Below, piece after piece: positions 28,096 to 33,887 of a stretch of 64,000 bases of DNA; positions within the stretch are counted from its first letter, which is position 1, and every line of letters begins with the position of its first letter. This DNA comes from a virus (Duplodnaviria; Caudoviricetes), in the IMG/VR virus record IMGVR_UViG_3300042935_001404; one strand, given 5' to 3'. Both the position numbers and the translations under genes were made by a program. The notes beneath the pieces are model-generated. The model saw only the letters and a list, made by a program, of their open reading frames with translations, was not told the DNA's origin and did not search any database.

Positions 28096-28173
28096 TGGCA
28101 GAGGGTACTGGATTCGAACCAGTGATCATGGAGTCAAAGTCCAATGCTTTAGGCCAAACTAAGCTAACCCCCA
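28096..28173 (-). tRNA. tRNA-Gln(TTG)
   Basis: Loop CT-TTG-AC, G73; U1.U72 and G3.U70 in the acceptor stem. Confidence 0.9.
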
Positions 28174-28184
28174 GTAATAATTGT

Positions 28185-28258
28185 TGGAGCGGGATAGGAG
28201 AATCGAACTCCTGACTAAACCTTGGCAAGGTTTCGTTTGACCATTAAACTAATCCCGC
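28185..28258 (-). tRNA. tRNA-Gly(GCC)
   Basis: Loop TT-GCC-AA, U73. Confidence 0.95.
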
Positions 28259-28261
28259 ATG

Positions 28262-28336
28262 TGGTGGTGATGAGTAGAGTCGAACTACCACCGGACTCCG
28301 TATGAAGGAGGCGCACTACCGTTATGCTACATCACC
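28262..28336 (-). tRNA. tRNA(CAT), elongator Met or lysidine-type Ile2
   Basis: Fully paired acceptor stem, loop TT-CAT-AC; identity cannot be resolved by eye. Confidence 0.88.
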
Positions 28337-28338
28337 GA

Positions 28339-29073
28339 TCAGTCGAAGTAGTATTCGAGATCAGAGAGACCGACCACGTTAGAATAATCTAAGCCGTGTA
28401 TGTAAGACTCGCGACGCAAGTCATTTCCGGGCACCAAGTCTCGGCGAATGTGTGTCAGTTCCATACATCCAAAAACGCCATCAGTGTCATAGCTCACGTG
28501 ATTGTTGCCGTGTACGTGTACAATGGCATAGTGCTCTTGCCACCGCTCCACAGCCTGGTGCCATTGTTTGCTACGATTGGCACAGTTGTGCCATTCCATT
28601 GCAACGCCTACAATGCGATCGCGATGTTGTACGATGCTTTCAATCAAACTGTATTCACCACCTTCGATGTCCATCTTGATGAACACCTGGTCTACGCCCA
28701 TTCTGTCTAGGGCCCGAACAAAATTTTCTGGCCCAATAAACTCTGGCCAATGTTTTACGTTATCTTGAAAGAATTCATCGTACATGGCTCGAATATCCAA
28801 GTGTCCACGAACCGGCGTATTGATGCTGATACGCATGGTATCTCTAGTGACACTGGCATCATACATCTGAATCGGATCTGTAGGTTTGAGATTATGCCAG
28901 TCTTGATCAAATGTAAAATCGTCACCTAGTCCAAAACTTAACAGACCCTGTGCTTGGTCCACTGCTGAACGTGGCAAAATGTAGCCGCCGTCCATTTTTC
29001 CACCTAATCTAATTAGGTCAGGCACTGCAACAGGGCAGAGCCAATGTAGTTCTTGGGGTAGTTTAATTTTCAT
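28339..29073 (-). CDS. FkbM-like SAM-dependent methyltransferase
   Basis: RLGGKMDGGY, LLSFGLGDDFTFD, FIKMDIEGGEY, HVHGNN. Confidence 0.75.
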   Translation of the reverse strand: MKIKLPQELHWLCPVAVPDLIRLGGKMDGGYILPRSAVDQAQGLLSFGLGDDFTFDQDWHNLKPTDPIQMYDASVTRDTMRISINTPVRGHLDIRAMYDEFFQDNVKHWPEFIGPENFVRALDRMGVDQVFIKMDIEGGEYSLIESIVQHRDRIVGVAMEWHNCANRSKQWHQAVERWQEHYAIVHVHGNNHVSYDTDGVFGCMELTHIRRDLVPGNDLRRESYIHGLDYSNVVGLSDLEYYFD

Positions 29074-29101
29074 AATTTTATTTATTAACTGGTTTTACAC
29101 A

Positions 29102-29194
29102 CCATATAAAAGCACACTATATGCGCCCTGGTTGTTAAGCGCCACTAACAGCCTGCAACCACGCAGGGTAGCCGTGTAATGTGCTTTTATATGG
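29102..29194 (-). ncRNA. Candidate structured ncRNA immediately 3' of tRNA-Lys
   Basis: 15-bp closing stem CCATATAAAAGCACA/TGTGCTTTTATATGG enclosing two internal hairpins. Confidence 0.45.
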
Positions 29195-29265
29195 TAGGGG
29201 TGCAGGGGAACGATCCCTGTTTTACGGATTAAAAGTCCGTTACTTCACCTTAAAGTTTCACCCCC
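29192..29265 (-). tRNA. tRNA-Lys(TTT)
   Basis: Loop CT-TTT-AA; atypical T-loop ATCGTTC; G1.U72. Confidence 0.9.
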
Positions 29266-29388
29266 TAATGGGCTTTGTTTTTGTGCTCGACGCAGAGCCT
29301 TGTTGCTCTTACGATGCGAACCTGCTTTGCGGAACAGTGCAAGACGAACGAAGCAGTTACGTTCGCGCACGATCGATTTACGTTTCAT
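29245..29388 (-). CDS. 47-aa basic peptide reading into tRNA-Lys (possibly ArfA-like)
   Basis: AAAGGA SD; MKRKSIVRERNCFVRLALFRKAGSHRKSNKALRRAQKQSPL|GGETLR*; stop codon lies in the tRNA D-loop. Confidence 0.7.
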   Translation of the reverse strand: MKRKSIVRERNCFVRLALFRKAGSHRKSNKALRRAQKQSPLGGETLR

Positions 29389-29407
29389 ACAGTTTCCTTT
29401 TATAAAA

Positions 29408-29483
29408 TGGTGGAGGATAACGGATTCGAACCGTTTGCTCCTGGTTGCAAACCAGGTGTGTTAGCCAAGTATACCAATCCCCC
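29408..29483 (-). tRNA. tRNA-Ala(TGC)
   Basis: G3.U70, A73, loop TT-TGC-AA. Confidence 0.96.
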
Positions 29484-29484
29484 A

Positions 29485-29724
29485 ATATGCTCTGCATCCC
29501 CCGGCGGTAATTATAGAGTATCAACATAGATTAATCCGGAATCTAACTCAACTAAGGTTAGCGATTCTATGCATCACACACTCCTTCCACCCGCTTCCCG
29601 ACAGGGACCGTTATCGCATTGCTAGCGGCCTTTTGGTAAGAAGACTACCACCCTTGAGTAACGAACTCACTTCTCTCGTACGGGTCATACTAGCCAGGCG
29701 TTACCCCGACGGGTTCTTCTCTCA
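29485..29724 (-). ncRNA. Candidate ~240-nt structured ncRNA directly upstream of tRNA-Ala
   Basis: GC-rich, no credible ORF, consecutive hairpins with GUAA and GCAA tetraloops and a T-loop-like TTCGTTA. Confidence 0.55.
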
Positions 29725-29768
29725 AATAAGCATAAGCATAGTATTCTTTCATACCTTGACGAGAATCT

Positions 29769-30530
29769 TTACAACCTAGATTCTATCATAGGAGCAATAA
29801 AATCAGCAATCTGAATATGAGCTTTTTCTGTAGGATGATGTGATATTGGATTTAACAATCCAATATCAACTAAAAACGCTACTCTATTGGAGTCTACAAC
29901 CCAATTTGAATAATGATAGTTGTTATCAACATTTTTCATGTTATTTCTCAAACACAATTGTGACATTAAATCTCTATCAGGTATATCAATCATATTGTCG
30001 ATGGGTTGATGATACAGATGATGATTAAATGTATCAACCCATATATTTTTGACCCCCATTGACTTATAAAAAACATTCCAAAAATTCATCTCAACTTCTA
30101 ATTGTTGTACTTCGTGATTATGATCATATGAATGTTTAACCATAAACTCGCTAAATTTATTTGGCATATTATATTTGCAATGTAACACAGACATTGTGTC
30201 TAAATCAAAAAATACATTTCGAGCAGTTGATGTGATTGCATGCAATACAATAATTTTATCATATGTTTCTTGATCACATTTGAAATCAATTTTACTAAAA
30301 TATCTTTTAGCATAATTAAATTGAGCTTGATTACTGCTTCCACCATGTGCAAAATTTTTGTTATCTAATGCAAAATTTTTAGACAAAACACCACGAAATG
30401 ATTTTGTCCCACAAATGTCTGAATTCCATGCAATAGAATTATACACAGCAGTGGATTGCTCAATTTGATATCCTACACCAACTCCATAGGTCCAACTGCA
30501 CCCAAACGTGATAAGCAAATTTTTATTCAT
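29769..30530 (-). CDS. SGNH/GDSL-like protein
   Basis: ITFGCSWTYG, GGSSN, HHPTEKAH. Confidence 0.65.
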   Translation of the reverse strand: MNKNLLITFGCSWTYGVGVGYQIEQSTAVYNSIAWNSDICGTKSFRGVLSKNFALDNKNFAHGGSSNQAQFNYAKRYFSKIDFKCDQETYDKIIVLHAITSTARNVFFDLDTMSVLHCKYNMPNKFSEFMVKHSYDHNHEVQQLEVEMNFWNVFYKSMGVKNIWVDTFNHHLYHQPIDNMIDIPDRDLMSQLCLRNNMKNVDNNYHYSNWVVDSNRVAFLVDIGLLNPISHHPTEKAHIQIADFIAPMIESRL

Positions 30531-31179
30531 GTTTTTGTAGTACCATTCTTAATGTTCCCTCGGCCATGTTAGATCCAATATGAGTATCATCAAGTTCAAA
30601 ACACAAAATCTCATCTCTAAAAATTTCAATTTGATCACGTATGTATGTTGATGCAGTATTTTTTATTTCTGTAGTCTCTGCACCTATCATATGACACACA
30701 TTCATCATGATAAAAATTTTACCACCTGGTTTGGTCATTTGTAAGACTTGATTGATCCTGTTAGAAAATTGCGACAATGGAATAAAATGCAAAGCATTCA
30801 TACTCATGATATTTTCAAATTTTTCTGTATTTTCCTTGACAAACGCATCATCTACAAACCCAACCTGGTCAGCATAAAAATTTAATGATTTTGAATCAAT
30901 GCCGATTATGTTTGGAATATATTTTTTATATATGTTCCACCCACATCCAATATCATAAATTTTAGAGCTTGATGCTAATTGTAAAATATAGTAAAAAGGA
31001 ACCATTGAAAATATTCTTTTGCCACGATATTCGCGCGGCGTCATTCCCATAAAGCCCAAAGTTGGTATATTAGTTTCCCAAGTCAACAAATCAAAATCTT
31101 GTTTTACGTTACGTGCCAAATCAGTTGATTCAAAGCTTTTTCGAAAATTTTCTAAGTTATATGCGTTTAAATTGTTCAT
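30523..31179 (-). CDS. Class I SAM-dependent methyltransferase-like protein
   Basis: IYDIGCG, IIGID, MNALHF, KPGGKI. Confidence 0.7.
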   Translation of the reverse strand: MNNLNAYNLENFRKSFESTDLARNVKQDFDLLTWETNIPTLGFMGMTPREYRGKRIFSMVPFYYILQLASSSKIYDIGCGWNIYKKYIPNIIGIDSKSLNFYADQVGFVDDAFVKENTEKFENIMSMNALHFIPLSQFSNRINQVLQMTKPGGKIFIMMNVCHMIGAETTEIKNTASTYIRDQIEIFRDEILCFELDDTHIGSNMAEGTLRMVLQKHE

Positions 31180-31198
31180 ACATTATATATGATAGATA

Positions 31199-31283
31199 TG
31201 GTGGAGATGATAGGGATCGAACCTATTGTGACCGAAGTCGGAAGATTTACAGTCTCCTGCCATACCATTACGGCGGCATCTCC
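31199..31283 (-). tRNA. tRNA-Tyr(GTA)
   Basis: Class II cloverleaf, loop CT-GTA-AA. Confidence 0.95.
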
Positions 31284-31288
31284 ATGTC

Positions 31289-31363
31289 TGGTACTCGATA
31301 GCGGAGTCGAACCGCTCTTGCCTGGATGAAAACCAGATGTCCTAACCGATAGACGAATCGAGC
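31289..31363 (-). tRNA. tRNA-Glu(TTC)
   Basis: Loop TT-TTC-AT. Confidence 0.95.
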
Positions 31364-31371
31364 AAAAAGAG

Positions 31372-31436
31372 GAGAGCCACGGTTGCAGGACCTAGTGTCT
31401 CGTTGCCGAGAGAAGTGTCCAGGCGATGTGGCTCTC
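31372..31436 (-). ncRNA. 65-nt rod-like hairpin between tRNA-Glu and tRNA-Asp
   Basis: GAGAGCCAC/GTGGCTCTC closing stem, GGAC/GTCC inner helix, TCTCG-GCAA-CGAGA apex. Confidence 0.45.
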
Positions 31437-31442
31437 AAAACT

Positions 31443-31517
31443 TGGCGGTCTGTGGGGGAATCGAACCCCCGTAAGTGGATAGACAATCCACAGTAATAAC
31501 CTCTATACGAACAGACC
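31443..31517 (-). tRNA. tRNA-Asp(GTC) with U37
   Basis: Stem GTGGA/TCCAC, loop TT-GTC-TA, G73. Confidence 0.92.
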
Positions 31518-31525
31518 AAAATCTA

Positions 31526-31758
31526 CTATTTTAAAACATACTAAAGGAACCATTGTGCATCTATGTCTACCTATAGGACCGTCTCCTATAGACCTGCACG
31601 GTCATTACTGCCTACATGCTCCGCCGCTTTTCTGGACATTTCTGCCCGGTTTCATGGACCTAGCTTGAGCGTGGGCGGCCCCACAGTCCTCGCCTTAGAT
31701 CCCTAACGGTGTAGGTAACCTTTAATACGTTTTAAAATAGCAACCCTTACGGGTTACC
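31526..31758 (-). ncRNA. Candidate ~230-nt multibranched ncRNA
   Basis: CTATTTTAAAAC/GTTTTAAAATAG closing stem; several internal helices with GAAA and GUAA tetraloops; no credible ORF. Confidence 0.6.
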
Positions 31759-31784
31759 AAAAACAACAACTTTTTAAAGAACGT

Positions 31785-31975
31785 CTAGTTAATTTCCTAA
31801 CTAGTCTCTAGTATAACACAATGGCTATATCTAGTCAATTTGTTTTGCAAAGTCCCTACACTGTGTAGGGTTATTTGCAGATCCAGCTAATTTCTTAACT
31901 TGTTTCTATTGTAGCAAAATGGCGTTTAATTGTCAACTTAGTACTTTAGTATACCCTACGCACTGTAGGGTTATT
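31785..31975 (-). repeat. Two ~100-bp tandem promoter modules (palindrome + sigma70 promoter + leader hairpin)
   Basis: CCCTAC-N5-GTAGGG at 31854-31870 and 31954-31970; TTGACT-N17-TATACT (31810-31838) and TTGACA-N17-TACAAT (31908-31936). Confidence 0.8.
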
Positions 31976-31977
31976 AT

Positions 31978-32051
31978 TGGCGTACCTCCAAGGACTCGAA
32001 CCTTGACTGACGGTTTTGGAGACCGCGGTGCTGCCATTACACCAGAGATAC
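31978..32051 (-). tRNA. tRNA-Trp(CCA)
   Basis: Loop CT-CCA-AA, G73. Confidence 0.95.
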
Positions 32052-32058
32052 ATTAAAT

Positions 32059-32132
32059 TGGTAGCCTGTCAAGGTAACGATCCTTGGTCGCTCGATTATC
32101 AGTCGAGTGCTCTACCTTTGAGCTAACGGGCT
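32059..32132 (-). tRNA. tRNA-Ile(GAT)
   Basis: Loop CT-GAT-AA; atypical T-loop ATCGTTA. Confidence 0.9.
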
Positions 32133-32137
32133 ATGAT

Positions 32138-32212
32138 TGGCGGGTCCTGCAGGAATCGAACCCACACCGCTTGGTTCGAAGCCAAGCATGATATCCATTT
32201 CACCAAGGACCC
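32138..32212 (-). tRNA. tRNA-Arg(TCG)
   Basis: Loop CT-TCG-AA. Confidence 0.93.
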
Positions 32213-32217
32213 TTAAC

Positions 32218-32307
32218 TGGCGGTGCGACTCGGATTCGAACCGAGAACCCGGATTACGCCGAGCGACAGATTAGCAATCTGCTCTAATACCATTATAGGA
32301 CCACACC
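32218..32307 (-). tRNA. tRNA-Ser(GCT)
   Basis: Class II cloverleaf, loop TT-GCT-AA, G73. Confidence 0.93.
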
Positions 32308-32313
32308 GTTGTT

Positions 32314-32405
32314 TGGCGGAAGACGGAGGAGTCGAACCCCATCCCTGTTAAGAGAACCTGGTTTTCAAGGCCAGTCGCAGGACCGGTCCCGCTGCATCAT
32401 CTTCC
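32314..32405 (-). tRNA. tRNA-Ser(TGA) with 8/4 acceptor/T-stem fold
   Basis: GGAAGATG pairs with CGTCTTCC (8 bp); T-stem GGGG/CCTC (4 bp); no U8; loop CT-TGA-AA. Confidence 0.88.
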
Positions 32406-32414
32406 TAAAATGTG

Positions 32415-33176
32415 TTAAAGATTTTTAAAAACTTTTTTTATAATTGCACTGCGATCCAGTTTGGAACTGGCACCCAGCACAATGACTGCGTACTGTTGTT
32501 TGTTGTGTTCTACCAGCATGGCCACACACCATCCAGCAAGATTAGTAAATCCAGTCTTGCTCACGTCCACACGGGTAAACTCTGCCAACAGTGGACGGGA
32601 TGTGTGAACCAGGTTCACAGAGCTGCCGCCTATTTTGTCAAGTTTTTTCAACAGCACAGTTGACTGCCCACTGGCTTCTTGTATAAACCAATAGTTGGCA
32701 GCAATCTGTACCATTTCTATTAGATCCCGTGCAGTGGACACATTGAACACACCCAGGCCTGACGGATCTACAAATTTAGTATTTCGAAGATTCCACATCC
32801 GGGCATGTCGATTCATTTCAGCTACAAAGGCAGATCGGCCTCCGGGGTAGTTCTGTGCAATGGTTTCGGCTGCTCCGTTGTCACTGCTGACCAGCATGGC
32901 CAGCAACAACTGTTCTCTGGTGTACCTGCCGGGCGGCAATCGACTGCCGGTGTTTTTTCTCAGCACCAACTGCTGTTGAAGATCTCTGTTGTGATCCAAT
33001 GCAACCATGGCAGTCATCAACTTGGTCACACTGGCCATTGATCTGATTTGATCACTATTTTGACTCAGTTCCGTGCGCTGTGCATTGATGTTGTAGACCA
33101 ACACTGTGGGCTCACGTGCGTGGGCCGTTGCATTGGATAAAACTGTACAAAAAAGTACTGCGGCAAATAATTTCAT
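32415..33176 (-). CDS. D-alanyl-D-alanine carboxy/endopeptidase (peptidase S11, PBP7-like)
   Basis: Signal peptide; ASVTK (SxxK), SDN (SxN), FVDPSGL, KTG. Confidence 0.92.
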   Translation of the reverse strand: MKLFAAVLFCTVLSNATAHAREPTVLVYNINAQRTELSQNSDQIRSMASVTKLMTAMVALDHNRDLQQQLVLRKNTGSRLPPGRYTREQLLLAMLVSSDNGAAETIAQNYPGGRSAFVAEMNRHARMWNLRNTKFVDPSGLGVFNVSTARDLIEMVQIAANYWFIQEASGQSTVLLKKLDKIGGSSVNLVHTSRPLLAEFTRVDVSKTGFTNLAGWCVAMLVEHNKQQYAVIVLGASSKLDRSAIIKKVFKNL

Positions 33177-33194
33177 ATCTTTATTTTGTAAAAT

Positions 33195-33269
33195 TGGAAC
33201 ACAGGACAGGACTCAAACCTGCATGATACGGATTTGCAATCCGTTGCGTAATCATTCCGCCACCTGTGC
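33195..33269 (-). tRNA. tRNA-Cys(GCA)
   Basis: Loop TT-GCA-AA, U73. Confidence 0.92.
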
Positions 33270-33280
33270 ATATACGTCGA

Positions 33281-33415
33281 ACACACTGTTTCCAATGTGT
33301 GTATTAAAGCACTCTAAAATACTTAGGCTGCCTGTTCTTAAAGAATGCTTTAATACGAACTAATTTTTCCTCCCACACAAGGGATTCCATCCTAGTCGCC
33401 GCCCGTTCGTGCTTG
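33281..33415 (-). ncRNA. Candidate three-domain structured leader/ncRNA upstream of tRNA-Cys
   Basis: ACGAAC/GTTCGT domain; 15-bp GTATTAAAGCATTCT/AGAGTGCTTTAATAC stem; ACACATTG-GAAA-CAGTGTGT hairpin. Confidence 0.45.
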
Positions 33416-33420
33416 TTTAT

Positions 33421-33450
33421 AGTGTAGCACAGGACCTCGTTTCCTGTCAA
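33421..33450 (-). promoter_or_regulatory. Sigma70-type promoter TTGACA-N18-TACACT with extended -10 TG
   Basis: Consensus match. Confidence 0.6.
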
Positions 33451-33461
33451 CACTTTAGGAT

Positions 33462-33623
33462 TTATGTCCAAAGTTGATTCTTGACTCGCATGCGAGTTTC
33501 GAGTTCCAACCTAGCACGTTCCAACTTTTCCCGAATCAACTTTTCACGTTGTTCCGGTGTCAGTGTGTGCTCTGTTGTGTACTTTACTTCACGCATTCGT
33601 TGTTTTAAATCTAATTTCTTCAT
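33462..33623 (-). CDS. 53-aa highly charged helical protein, first gene after the attenuator
   Basis: AAAGGA SD; MKKLDLKQRMREVKY...LETRMRVKNQLWT*. Confidence 0.7.
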   Translation of the reverse strand: MKKLDLKQRMREVKYTTEHTLTPEQREKLIREKLERARLELETRMRVKNQLWT

Positions 33624-33641
33624 TTTTCCTTTTCTAAAAAC

Positions 33642-33673
33642 AAAAAACCCTAGGGTTTTTAATCCTAGGGTCC
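33642..33673 (-). terminator. Attenuator terminator
   Basis: ACCCTAGG/CCTAGGGT 8-bp stem followed by a U-tract; its 5' arm can instead pair with 33711-33722. Confidence 0.8.
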
Positions 33674-33698
33674 TTGGAGTTTGTGTGTAAACTTTTAT

Positions 33699-33839
33699 TT
33701 ACGACATGGTCTCCTGGACCCTGGTACCCTCTGGTGTGCGATCATATGACATGCTATTGATTGCCGACCAAATAGAGGGCGCGAAGCCGGCCTGTTTGGC
33801 TAAACAATTTGATATAGAATGTAATACGTTTGTTTGCAT
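33699..33839 (-). CDS. 46-aa leader peptide containing all 20 amino acids
   Basis: MQTNVLHSISNCLAKQAGFAPSIWSAINSMSYDRTPEGTRVQETMS*, between a promoter and a terminator. Confidence 0.7.
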   Translation of the reverse strand: MQTNVLHSISNCLAKQAGFAPSIWSAINSMSYDRTPEGTRVQETMS

Positions 33840-33887
33840 TTTTGTTTCTTTAAATTTATATACACCTTTTTATTGGCGCATGTGTGT

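Noticed and set aside
29485-29724. RNase P RNA
   Set aside because: Lacks the GAGGAAAGUCC and ACAGAA...CGGCUUA P4 signatures; the same applies to 31526-31758
31372-31436. SRP 4.5S RNA
   Set aside because: Rod-like, but lacks the helix-8 CAGG...GGAA...AGCAG motif
32314-32405. Selenocysteine tRNA
   Set aside because: The anticodon is TGA (reads UCA), not TCA, and the acceptor branch is 12 bp rather than 13; no selA/selB seen
18256-33269. tRNA-Phe and smpB
   Set aside because: Searched by eye and not found in this window; they may lie elsewhere or be supplied by the host
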